Of a stretch of 64,000 bases of DNA, positions 13,940-26,109 are shown piece by piece. The translations under genes were made by a program, and so were the position numbers. Source of the DNA: Octopus sinensis (lineage: Eukaryota); assembly GCF_006345805.1 (NCBI RefSeq), contig NC_042997.1:72788001-72852000 (forward strand), read 5' to 3'. The notes beneath the pieces were generated by a model. That model was not told where the DNA came from. It ran no database searches and saw nothing but the letters and a program-made list of their open reading frames with translations. The stretch's first letter is position 1, and every line of letters begins with the position of its first letter.

Positions 13940-14152
13940 TGTGTATCTGTGTGTCTGTGTATTTGTACCCCCACCATTGCTTGACAACAGGTGTTGCTGT
14001 GCTTACGTCCCTGTAACCTAGCTGTTTGGCAAAACACACCGATAGAATAAGTACTCGCCTTACAAAAATAAAACCTGGGGTTGATATCTTTGACCAAAGG
14101 CGGTTTTTCAGCATGGCAGCAATCACATGACCGAAACAAGTAAGACAATAAA
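13940..14152 (+). mobile_element. 3' half of the abundant tRNA-derived SINE (same family as 54770-55165)
   Basis: Shared body GCTTGACAAC...GATAGAATAAGTACT...GACCGAAACAAGTAA. Confidence 0.8.
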
Positions 14153-14343
14153 AACTATGCTATTTTAATCTAGGTATCATTGCTAGTGTGTGTGTGTGTG
14201 TGTGTATGTGTATATATATATAAATGTATGTATATATATATATATATATTATATATATATATATATGTATTGTTATATTTCGGAATGGTCATATTGCCAG
14301 TTTAGCCAATAAAATCTTACACAATATATATATATATATATAA

Positions 14344-14385
<42 letters not shown>

Positions 14386-16699
14386 CATTAATAGTTTCCC
14401 GTTTCCATGATAGAGAAATCGTTTAACCTTTTATTTTGCATAAATTCATTTATTATACTTTGATTTTCAATATCACTTCAGCAACACTTCAACATCTATT
14501 ATAAGAATGTATAGGTCTAAGATTTTAGCTGATTATTTTCGTATGTAGAGGCTTATTCGAAAGATGGCGGTTGAACTCGATAAAACGTCGCGCTAAATGC
14601 CCCCGGTAGATCTAATATTATAATTTTGAATTCCATTGTGATCGATATTACTTTTTATCCCACTGGAGTTGAAATAAAATATCAAAACACAGGGTGGCTG
14701 ATTTAAGCAAAGAAAGAAATGATTATTTAATAATGTAGTGAATTGACAGAATCGTCAGAGCGGCTGTCAAAATGTCTTGCGATCTTGCAATTTAATAATT
14801 GGGACTATGGGAACTATAGATATTCTCCTAAATGTGTTTTGTACTGAGAACTTGTTTCTAAATGGCATATGCTGCCAAACGAGAGCATTTTCTCATTACT
14901 AATTCTAACGTAGAAAACAAATCTGACCGGCATTTATCCAATTTATGCCATAAAAACAATGAAATGCACGAAGAATATGAGAGCTCACAAAATAAGAATA
15001 AGTAAATATTTATCAACTTGATCATTCTATCTTTTAACCCCAGATAAACAAATATAACAAAGCATTTCATTATGAAATTAAATTTTTAATTTGACCTTTG
15101 CCCAAGTAATTGAATATTTACTAAATGAAAAACCAATTGTTTCGCCCATATTTGTGCTTTGAATTATATTGCAGTATTATTTACTGGTTTCTGGCGCCCA
15201 ATCAACATTTTTATTGAATATTTACATTTAACCCAAAACTGCTGAGAAATAGCCATTAAAAAATCGGACTTTGTCCTTTCGTTCAATAAGAATTAGCACG
15301 TGAGAGCATATATAAACAGTAGGAACTGAATTCTACTTCTTCCTTTTCAAAAGTATTTGAATCATTGAAAAACACAAGATGGGATGTGCATCATCGAGAA
15401 ATGTAACTGTAAGTATTACTGACATTACTGAAAATATAGCTTTTATTTCTTTATTCAATGTTATCACTGCTCCCACACTCCACTCGCACAATTACATATG
15501 TGTGTATGCGCGCGCGCGTGCGTGATTGTATGAGTTTGCGTGTATGCACGCATGTATGTATTTGTGTATGTGTATATGTATGTGTGATTGTATAAGTATG
15601 TGCCTGTGTGTATGTATGTGTGTGTATGTGTGTTTTATCATGACTGTCCATTCGTGTCCGAAGAAAACCATCACTGACAGTATAGTCAACAATGTTCTTC
15701 CAAAATATCATTAACAATCACTTATTGTAATTCTTCAGATACCAACAGAAATATTTGCTCTTAATAAATGTTGCTCACTGGGAATGTGAGATCGTCACGA
15801 TAGTCATGGCTATTCTTTACACACACTCATGCACATAGATACTTACACATACAAAATTTGAACGTTCCTTCTGAACATATTGGTTTCTGGACTTACCACA
15901 AATCTACTTCTATTTTTTTGTTGATTGTAATTCATTTAGTTTTCTGCATCAACTGAATGCCTTTGGAAAGTAAAAGAACGTTCTCACATCCTACATTTCT
16001 TTCTGAGTCTAATAGAAACTAATCACTCGTGAATGGCTATTTTGAAGGATGAAGAGTTGAAAGAATGGAAACTGAGATGAATGGCAATGGAAGCTAATGA
16101 AATATTAAGTAGGAATATTTTGAATCTATATTTCATATTTGTATAAAAGACGGCCAGTGATATCACAATACTAATGCGGAGTTATTCTGCACGTTATTGT
16201 AAGAAGCGACTAACGATTAATTCTTTGTGTTCCGAATCTATTGTTGAAACTTTTAGTGGTCCTACACTGTAACAGTTCTCACAGCAGTGTTTAAGTTTAT
16301 TAATTCCACAGCAAACTAATCGTGGCAGAATGAAGAATTGGGTTAAATGGTTATTTTTCTTCTAATAATTTTTCCCACCAGTATCAATATTCTTCGCCTG
16401 ATATTATTCTACGTTTAGAATGATTGTTGTATTTAGATGGTGGCTGAATCTATGTCAGTGACTGTTGTGTTTATAACAATTAGTTCTATTTACTTCGTCA
16501 TTGTTATGTTCATATCAACGATTGTTGTGTTTATATAATCACCATTCTGTTTATAGATTGTTAAATCTATGCCAGTGATTGTTTGTTTATTCTAGTGGTT
16601 GTTGGGTTTACATTGTCATTGGGTTTTATGATCATTGTTCAGTTTTGATTTTTAATTTTGTCTTTTTTTTTTCGGTTTAACGTATGCTGTGATGGATTT

Positions 16700-17100
16700 C
16701 GCTTTTTGGTCTTCCGGAGTCAAGGAAATGAGTTCCATTCAAGTACTGAAACTGATTCAATCGAACATACTATTTTATAAATGTGACTTTGTTCCCCTGC
16801 CAGTGCCACGATATTTCGTTAATTCTCTTGATATTCTCTGTTCAAATCCAGATGAGATCATGTCCTTGTGTTATTTGACTCTTTCCAGTGCCAAAATTTG
16901 GTTTCCTTGTATCTATGGTAGAAATTATTATTTATGCACATGTAATTTCACACCTTTTTTTTTCTTTTCAAGCCAATTGCAAGAGAATGGCCAAATGAGC
17001 CCCATCACTTCTATAAACAAAAAGTTTGTTGGAACAGACTGTGCAGCTTATGTGACCAATTTCTCGTCGGATACATGAATTATTCTGCCCAGTGTACAAG
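16700..17100 (-). mobile_element. Possible internally deleted Tc1-like transposase remnant
   Basis: The minus strand reads IIHVSDEK (like IIFSDEKKF) and a frameshifted PDLN..EN-like segment; heavily decayed. Confidence 0.3.
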
Positions 17101-18319
17101 TAAGTTGTTGAATATCTTTTATCATCTCAAATGAAAGCCTTATGTGAAAAGATGAAGGATTTATAAATTAATGCTGTGTGTCTGATTTAGTGGTTGAAGT
17201 CTGCACGAACAATTATAACAACCGCTTACAAGTATGTCTGACTGTCTATTTGCTTATGCATGCATTATTTTCCTTTTAAGTCTTGATATATCTACACTAA
17301 GCAAGAAACCAATCTTATAATAATTTAGCTTGTCATCCTTTAATTAGCCCGTCGGTAACGCTTTCACATTGTTAGAGAAAAAAGGGAGAAAGAAGTGTCC
17401 ATAATGTGAGGTAGAGGGAATGTAATTGTAACGCTTTCACGTGATTAGCTGAAGGGAAAGAGAAGAGAAAGAAAGATGAGAGAGAAAAAGAGGACATGGC
17501 GAAGAGTGAGACAGAAAGGAGAAAAAAAAAGAGGCAGAGAGAAAAAGACGGAGAAGCGTGACTTTAGGTAGGGAGAACGTAATATTTATTACATGGTTAA
17601 AAAAATTACTTAAAGGTAGTGATGATATAGAGGAAGAGAATTAAAAATATAACTATTGCAGAGGAGTGATGTTCTGATAATGGGGTTAAAGAAAGGCACC
17701 GAGAGAGGGGAGAGAGGTGGTGGTGGTGATTGGATGGTGATTTTTTATATCATCTATCACTTACCGCATGCGCATAAGTGCAATTCCGTGAAATATTCAC
17801 GCTTATTTGCGCGGCAAATATATGCAATTTAACTAAAGGTGTCTCCCCTCCCCCACCTCTCTCTATCTTTCTGTATATTCTGTACATATATAGTAAAAAT
17901 CCATTAAACAACACACTGTTAAGCCGGATATTGGATAATCCAAAGGAAATGTCAGTTTAGAGAATGGCTATCATTTCCGCCACCACCTTTAGTAACAGTG
18001 TTGTAACTGAGTGTTATAGATACCCAGTTGTTTATAACCACTTAGCTTACTCTAGTTAGGGATCGAAATGGGAGAGTAATAAAAGAAATTACTCTCTCTC
18101 TCTCTCTCCCCAGTTGTAAAATATGGCAGTCGTTCTGAGATAGCACTGCACCCTAGACAACTAGTTATATTGTGATGTGTTCAGAGTGGATGACGGCATC
18201 ATGAGATAGTGACAACAATAAGAGCCAAATGCAGGCGACATTTCACTAATATATACTCGTGTCTAAGAAGTAACCTTTTCTGTCTAGCTCTCCACACTTC
18301 TCTAAATTAACTAATCTTT

Positions 18320-19046
18320 AAATTTGTCTACCGTGATCCTACTTCGACTCCATATCAAACTTGGTATTATGAAGCAATTTGTTAAAGCTCTGAATAAAGG
18401 TAGACCATGCTTTCACTGTATCTGCAATAAATTTTCTAGCCTCAGCAATAAAAAAGGTAAAAGATGGAGTATTTGATGGGTCACAAATCAGAAAATTGAT
18501 GAAAGATAGGAACTGCCTTGAAAGAGCAGCATGGAATTCATTTGTAATATTTGTAAATGATTTTCTGGACCTTAAGAAAGCAGTCAACCATGCCGAAATA
18601 GTTGACAATATACTGGAGAACTTTTAAAGATTGGGAGCAAATATGAGCATAAGGCTGCACTATCTCCCTGAAAATTTTGGTGACACAACTGACGAGCAGG
18701 AAAAACATTTCCATGAGGAAATAAAATCAAAGGAACAAAAGTATCAAAACAGATGAGGCTTGCATATGATGGCAGACTATTTTTGAAATTTGGCTCGCGA
18801 CCTTTCTGAGATTCAGCACTCAAGAAAATGGTCCAAATTCTAATTCATGAGAAATTAGGCATGAACAATGATGTAAAAATGTCTAAGAATATCAAGATTT
18901 TTACAAATTCTATGTATCCAGTTTTTTAAAATTTTGACGTTATGGTAATAAACAGATGTCATTTTTAGGATTCTGTGCGCGAAAAAGCCCCTAGTTCAGG
19001 TCCACATTTTGTGACCACAGAGAATTTTTTTCTTTTGGCCTGTGTG
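18320..19046 (+). mobile_element. DNA transposon 3' remnant, CMC/Chapaev3-like transposase C-terminus plus right end
   Basis: LHIKLGIMKQFVKAL, KDGVFDGSQIRKL, LGANMSIRLH, DEQEKHFHEEI and MMADYF motifs with stops and deletions; ends ...GGCCTGTGTG (a CAC-type terminus). The superfamily label is from recalled motifs. Confidence 0.6.
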
Positions 19047-20169
19047 AATCTATATATATATATCTTCTTAAAATTGTTAAAATATTGTTCTCACATACTC
19101 GCGCGAGCACGATCATTATGAATTTCATAATTATCTAATGAAAGCTTTTTCTAACCATTTCTTTTTATTTGGATTATTTTCCTTGCTAGAATGCAATGCG
19201 ACAGTACATAAGTGGTGTGCACCTCGTTTCAAAAGTTTCTGCATGAAGGTAAGATATTTTACTGATTCTTTTATTAATATTTGTTTAACTGTTTTTTCAC
19301 AATGATATTTAACCACATTTTTATTTCACTATTATGTTTATTGTATGTCAGAGTAAGATGTTGTGTACGTCTACATTTGTGGTAGTAAATTCTTGATGAA
19401 ACGAGAGTTGTTTCTGCTGTATTATTTGAACATCGCTGCCGTGCACAAATGTCATAGATTTACATTTGGAAAAATCTCATTGGTTCGCTATTTCATATCC
19501 TGGATCTTTTTCATAGCTGAGTACTTACAATGTGCTGTCAATTTCTGCACGGTCGTTACAGAATAAGGACAACCCCCCGGTGATTTGGCTAAATCCGCAA
19601 AATAGATTTGTTGCCCAGTTTTAATTTTCAGCTCTGATCGAATCTGCGAAGGAGCAAGCTAAAAGGATCTTATGTGTAGCTGCTCAACCTGCTATAAATA
19701 ACAACCATCTCCCTCCACCTCTTTCTCTTGCTTTCAAATCAGGCAAGTCACATTGAACTATAAGTTCTGCAAATAATAATATCGTAATAGTTGTGCTATG
19801 GTCATGACTGGAACGCATTTGACCATAGGTCTGCATAGATAAAACTTTGAACTAAAGAACAATAGCTATGGCTACCCTTCAGGTTATCTTACTAAAATTG
19901 AACCTGTGTTGAAACCCGACTCACCGGGAGCTTACCTCAATCCAACAACACTCACTTTACGGAATATGAAAAGAATATTGACAAGGTATTGAGATGTACT
20001 AACCAGCATAAAGATAGTTGCGTCTGAGACTCCTCTTCTCTTTACTTACAAGTAAAAGTAAAAACATACATGAATGTATGTATATTATTTATATGCATTT
20101 ATGTATGTATGTATGTATGTATGTATGTGTGTATGTATGTATGTATGTATGTATGTATGTATGTATGTC

Positions 20170-20708
20170 AGGTCACTTTCGGGCGCTACTGGTAACATGT
20201 AACCCAGTACAACCTGTTGTATGGTCGGTCGTCGGCGACTAAACCGGCAACCCCACCAAGCTTGCTTAGTGAGGAGGGTGTTTATTGGACACCCTGCGGG
20301 ATGAAAAACAAAACCCGTCAAAGGGCGGAGGAACTCTTGAGAGTCAACGGCCATCCAATAATTGTCTTAAGGCTGTATCATGCGCGGGGACATAGAAATA
20401 ATTGGACTGAATACCCGATCGCGCGGTTAAACCATTGGGAGTGAAGGACTCCTAGCCTTTGTTAGGGCATCCTTCTAGGAGAAGGTAACTCAGGTAACTG
20501 GGATAACTCCGACATAAAACCTGCGGCTCAGTGGTTACCGATGATGTTGCTTGTTCTTCTTTTCGGATTATGGCTTAGTGAGTGGGATTGACTCAGTGCA
20601 CAGCCTTTCCTCACTTTAAAAAAAAATCTTCTTGCACAAGCATTTCACGATAACAACATTGATTAAGCTTCTTGCAATGGCCATACTCGATAACGAGGGG
20701 GCAGCCAC
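20170..20708 (+). mobile_element. About 540-bp non-coding interspersed element flanked on both sides by (ATGT)n, RTE-5'-UTR-like
   Basis: Flanked by (ATGT)n at 20085-20168 and 20710-20853; contains CTAGGAGAAGGTAACTC, resembling the conserved RTE 5' UTR motif. Confidence 0.45.
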
Positions 20709-20934
20709 CATGTATGTATGTATGTATGTATGTATGTATGTATGTATGTATGTATGTATGTATTATGTATGTATGTATATATGTATGTATGTATGCATGT
20801 ATGTATGTATGTATGTATGTATGTATGTATGTATGTATGTATGTATGTATGCATGTAGGTAGGTAGGTAGGTAGGTAGGTAGGTAGGTAGGTAGGTAGGT
20901 AGGTAGGTAGGTAGGTAGATAGGTACGTACGTCC

Positions 20935-23900
20935 TTGTTCAGTTTTATTTCAAGATTTCTTACCAATAGAGAAAGAGTTGGTTTCTAACCTAGATCCAAG
21001 GCTCCTTCATTAGAATTTCAACATCAACAATATGGTATTTTTGTATGTATGTATGTATGTAAGTATGTTTGTATGTATGTATATGTGTAGATTTGTATGT
21101 TTTGTTTTATGTATGTATTCCCACGCATATTGTTGCATATCTAGACATGCTCATATGTATTTAAATGATAAACTTCTGGTAAGTTTTACAGATTTTTATA
21201 GTTCCAGTGATGGATTGGATTTGTAGTCTTCAAATTAGTTTCTCCATTCTGGTTTTGAGAAGCCTAACTTCTTAAGATTGGTATTTAGGCAGCGTGTTAC
21301 ATATTCCAGGGCCCCAATAATTATAGGTATAAACCTGAACTTGAAATCTGGACAGAATAATTGCAGATTTCTCAGTAGTTCAGCGTAGGTATTCTCCTTT
21401 ACACCGAGCATCAGCTTTATGTTAACATCCGCTGGGCAGCTAATTTCCACAATTATACAGTGTCTCGCCTCTATCTCGAATTGTTATATCAGGTTTCTTG
21501 TGCTTACATTTTACTGCGGTTTTTACTGGGTATTCCTTTTTATTATGAGTGGCTTTGTCTTCTACCATGCCGTGGGCTCCTATTTCTTTGTTCTCCAGAT
21601 AATCCTTCCGACAGATTTCATTATGCTTCTTACCGTGATGACATTTTCGGACAACTACTTATGATGTGGGTGATATCTTCGGTGTTAACTTCAAAAACTC
21701 TGCATCAATTGTTACATTTTACTGCTTTTCCTGCATCTCTATCCCTTTTGTGCATCAGGTATTTGGTTGATATTTCCTGTTCCTGGATTACAAACGCATA
21801 CCCTTCAAAGTGGGAGGTAGTAATCCGGCTATTGCTCCATGATAGACCGCTTTGATGATCGATGTTATTTTCATCACGGAACTTTCTACTAACCTGTCCA
21901 TGTATAGTCTACTGAGAAAAATTGATCTTCAGAACTCTCTGCATCCAATAAAACAGTGGCCCACAATGTATTTGTAGTGCCAATACTCATACCAATATTC
22001 GGGCTGCTTGATTGAACGCTTGATGAGATCCAAGACATTGATGTGAAAACCCCAAAAATACTAACAAGCACACATAATTTTTACATAAGCAGTGACGTAG
22101 ACCATCTCTACCTTAAGCGAAAACAAGGCGACAGAGGCTTAACATCGATCCAAAATGCTTTTGAATGGATGATACGATGCAGCTGAGTCGTACGACTTCT
22201 TTAAGCATGTACTCTAGGTTATCAGGCAAGGAATGTTGCTCAGGGGACTGCATTCAAAATCTTATGATGTTATCAGCTTCATGTATGCAAACTTAGTCAA
22301 GAGATGCACTTCGACACTTGGTGGTTAAAAGATGTTGCCGAAGGGTTGTGATCCGACATTCAAAAGCATTTTGGATCGATGTTAAGCCTCTGTCGCCTTG
22401 TTTTCGCTTAAGGTAGAGATGGTCTACGTCACTGCTTATGTAAAAATTATGTGTGCTTGTTAGTATTTTTGGGGTTTTCACATCAATGTCTTGGATCTCA
22501 TCAAGCGTTCAATCAAGCAGCCCGAATATTGGTATGAGTATTGGCACTACAAATACATTGTGGGCCACTGTTTTATTGGATGCAGAGAGTTCTGAAGATC
22601 AATTTTTCTTTATTCGGCTGTAATATTCTTTAGTAACACGCGTTTTGTTACAGGTATCATTGCAAGATATGTTTTCATCCATTCCTAGATACCTATAACA
22701 TTCCTCGTCAGATATAGCGGAAACACTCGAATAATTAATGGTGATGTTGCTAGTCTGGTTTATAGTTTTCCACCTTTTCACAACCACATAACATTTACCC
22801 TGATCAAACTCCAACCCTACATCCTTTGAGAATCTCGTAAATAGGTCAAGGCTTTTTTTTTCATCTCATGCATATTCTTTACTTGCAGCTTCAAATGATC
22901 CACAAAGAAACAATGTGTAATTTTAGTATTTCTGTTTCCTTGTGGACCAGTGAAATATCGTTCAGACTTCCTTAACATGAATGACAAGGGGTTTACTGAA
23001 AGTATAAACAGCATCACAGAGAGGCTGTCCCCTTGGAATATGCCTTTGCGATACTACATTATATCAGTAATAATACAGTTACTCTTTGTGCTTTATTTCA
23101 AGATGGTGGCCCACGATGATGTCAGGTCAGCTGTGGCTTTGACTATACTCACTAGACCTTTAGCAAGCTGAGGGGCTTCTAGCATTCATGAGTGGGGAAC
23201 AGAGTCATGGGCTTTCTTGTAGTCTAGCCACATTGAAACTAGGTTCATTGTATGCTCTCGTACCTCACGGTTTTGCTGATTAACAATTGCTCAGCACATC
23301 CCCAGACTCCCTTCTTCCCAGCTGCTTGTTCTACTGTGATAATGTTATTTGTTTCACAATGGGCTTGGAGGAAAAGGTTTAAACATGCAATATATATCTT
23401 ACACATTAAGTTCTGGCATGCAACTGGCCAGTAGTTTGTTTGTTTTTGTTTTTGCCATGTGCATTTGGGGATCAATTTTGTCTCTGCCAGAGCTAACCAG
23501 TTCGGTATGCTACTGTTACCAATGATAGCTTGCTGGTACAGATTGATTAGATATGGTCGATTGAAGGTTAGCCTCTTGTACAAATATCCAACAATCAAGC
23601 CTCTTCCAGGTACTTTTCCATCCTGGAGTTTCTCGATCGCAGTTGCAAGAGTTTCATCATCAATGTTGTATATCTTGGGTGTAACGGGGAGCAATAACTT
23701 CGGATTTCCTCCAGCCACAGAGCATCTTAGTTAAACTCTTTCTCTTCACTCCAAATTTTGCTCCAGAAGGAGTCTATGTCCTCTCGTGAAAGAGCTTCTG
23801 TGATGTTCACTGCTCCACCTATCATGTTTCTGTATACTGCTGCCTGGTTCCGGTTAAATTTTTATTTATTGTTCTTCTCTCGGTTATTCTCTTCTAATGT

Positions 23901-24230
23901 CGGAGTGTTTTACTGACAGCTTTTAGCTCCTGCTTGAAGACTAATCAGTTTGCAAGTGAGTGTCCTCTTTTGCTATCTCCCAACATCATTTCTATCTCCT
24001 TCTTTACTTTCTGTTGGTGTAACTTATAGTGATCTGCTTGTTTGCACACAATAAGCATCATTATATGACTGATGGTCTTCCGTAAACCAGTTATCTTTTT
24101 CTCTGTCTTCAAAACCCATGATGGTACTTTCTTCGTTGTTTCGGTTTTGTTTACTTTTTGAATGTCATTCATGTACTGTTTTACAGTAGTAGCCAGAGCA
24201 TATATGTTTATGTTTTCCAGTTTCAGCTCT
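20935..24230 (-). mobile_element. Long degenerate RLE-type (R4/Dong-related) LINE with internal inverted duplication; 3' end joins (TACC)n/(TACA)n
   Basis: ORF pieces include K.QDGKVPGRGLIVGY, WPVACQNLMCKI, EQAAGKKGVWGCAEQLLI, KSHDSVPHS, GDSLSV, FVDHLKL, MEFDQGKC, YRYLG and SDVDHLYLKRKQGDRGL; the RLE tail IPIIIGALE lies at 21235-21450. Confidence 0.8.
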
Positions 24231-24363
24231 TTTTCCTGTAAAAGTTAAACCCTTTATAGACGGAAAACCCAGGGTAATCCATAAACCGGCCTTCACCAGG
24301 AAAAAATATAGACTGCTCTACATCTCAGAGTGTGCTTCTCCGGATTTATGTTTTTCTAAAAAT

Positions 24364-24400
<37 letters not shown>

Positions 24401-24433
24401 AATCAAAATAAGCAACAGGATATCCAGAGGTAA

Positions 24434-24519
24434 TGCAGTACGATCGTTTCAAGCGACTCCATTTAATTGAACAATGCAACCATTACATCAATTTAAAGGC
24501 AGAGCAAACCTCAGCTGCA
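24434..24519 (-). ncRNA. Type-I hammerhead motif, left arm
   Basis: tgcag-CTGAGGT-(long stem II)-GAAA-CGATCG-TA-ctgca: perfect 5-bp stem I, A9>U change. Confidence 0.65.
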
Positions 24520-24711
24520 TAAATATATAGAAGTAAATTAAATTAAAACAGATGGACACTTTAGTTTAATTTTACCTAAAACTTCCAAGAAGCTTCTAAG
24601 CTGAAGTGAAGACAGCATGTTCTTTGTCTATCTCCTTACCTTCTTGGAGGTTTTAGGTAAAATTATAATAATGTATCCATCTGTTTAATTTAATTTAATT
24701 CTATGTATTTA

Positions 24712-24797
24712 TGCAGCTGAGGATTTCTCTGGATTTAAATTGATGTAATGGTTGCATTGTTCAATTAAATGGAGTCGCTTGACACGATCGTACGGCA
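24712..24797 (+). ncRNA. Type-I hammerhead motif, right arm
   Basis: tgcag-CTGAGGA-(long stem II)-GACA-CGATCG-TA-cggca: A14>C change, one mismatch in stem I. Confidence 0.65.
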
Positions 24798-24976
24798 TTA
24801 CTCTGGATATCCAGCTGCTTTTTTGATTTTAATCACCTTATTTTGAAACTGTATGTATAATACCGTACTAAATTCTGGTGCCTCAACAAGAGTACCTAAT
24901 TCATCTGAATCTAAATTTTTGCTTATATGTGTGTGTGTGTGTGCGTGTGTGTGTGTATGTGTAGATAGATAGATAG

Positions 24977-25044
<68 letters not shown>

Positions 25045-25103
25045 TAGACAGGCAGACAGACAGATAGATAGTTAGATAGATATGTGTGCGTGCGTATGTA
25101 TAT

Positions 25104-25160
<57 letters not shown>

Positions 25161-25570
25161 AAAAAATGAAGTTTGAAAATGCCGCTATATTAGATAAATT
25201 TTAATTTAACATGTTTCAGTTCTTGAAATAACGAACCTTATCAAAAAAAAAATTTTTATATAATAAAGAGAGTCCATGCTATATGTTTAAAGAGTATGAT
25301 GTAACAGTTCATAATTGTGACATACATTCAATAGAGTCAAATATAAAAAATTCATGTTCTTGAAAAGGCGAGGAGTTCATTATAGATTTTACCTTGTGTT
25401 CCAATGGGAGCAACAGTAATGATTTTTGGTCGGCGTCTGCTGGCATAATTTTGGTAAATTTTGTGATTGTTGGATTTATATCAGCTGGTCTCTGGCACTG
25501 TTCACTGACGTCATATAGTTCCAAACCAATCAAAACCCAGCCTCAACGAATATAGTGAAAAGACTCCTAA

Positions 25571-25870
25571 CTGTATCCTGTTAGGAAACCAACCAAGCGG
25601 AACGACAAGTTTGACCACGGAAGAAAAACGTCATCAATTTTTTGACGAATCGAAATTAGATCTGACCCATGACTCTATCCTGTTAGGTGGCTAGCCCAGC
25701 AGAACGAGTAGTTTGACCACGGAAGAAAAACGTCATCAATGTTTTGACGAATCAGAATCGGGTCTGACCCATAGCTGTATCGTGTGAGGAAACCGACCAA
25801 GCAGGGTGACAATAGCTTGACCACTGAGGTAAAACGTCATCAATTTTTTGACGAATCAGAATTAGATCTG
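25571..25870. repeat. Three tandem copies of an about 103-bp unit
   Basis: CGTCATCAA recurs at 25629, 25731 and 25835; the conserved core is TTGACCAC.GA.G.AAAACGTCATCAAT.TTTTGACGAATC. Confidence 0.9.
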
Positions 25871-26109
25871 CTCGCAGAGAAAGAAATCTTTTTATAAATT
25901 TTTCCTTCCCTAAGACATATCACTGCCAGCGTGAGTGGCTGTTTAAGGATCTGAGAAATTGTAATTCGCCCCACCTCCATTATCATAATTCTCTCACTGT
26001 GGCCGTAGCAACAGTGACCACGGTGGTTGTAGTAGTAGTGCGAGTAGGGGCAGTCGTAGTGGTTGTGGTAGAATTTCGTTTTTCTTTTTCGGAAGACCAA
26101 TGTTTTGTT

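Larger units (their letters stand above)
24401..24828. mobile_element. Foldback element (arms about 190 bp, 47-nt spacer), each arm carrying a hammerhead motif
   Basis: 24401-24592 is the reverse complement of 24640-24828 at roughly 85-90 percent by eye; the left end abuts (TA)n(TG)n. Confidence 0.85.

Noticed and set aside
14560-14600. AAGATGGCGG YY1-like motif as a promoter
   Set aside because: An isolated motif with only a small CpG cluster and no associated exon.
16689-17078. 129-aa plus-strand ORF as a gene
   Set aside because: No recognisable domain or splice context; it is better explained as the antisense shadow of a decayed transposase.
25571-25870. CRISPR-like array or type-III hammerhead (TTGATGA...GTCAAAC)
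   Set aside because: Eukaryotic context, no cas genes, and the inter-core segments are homologous rather than unique spacers. The ribozyme reading lacks G12 and stem I.
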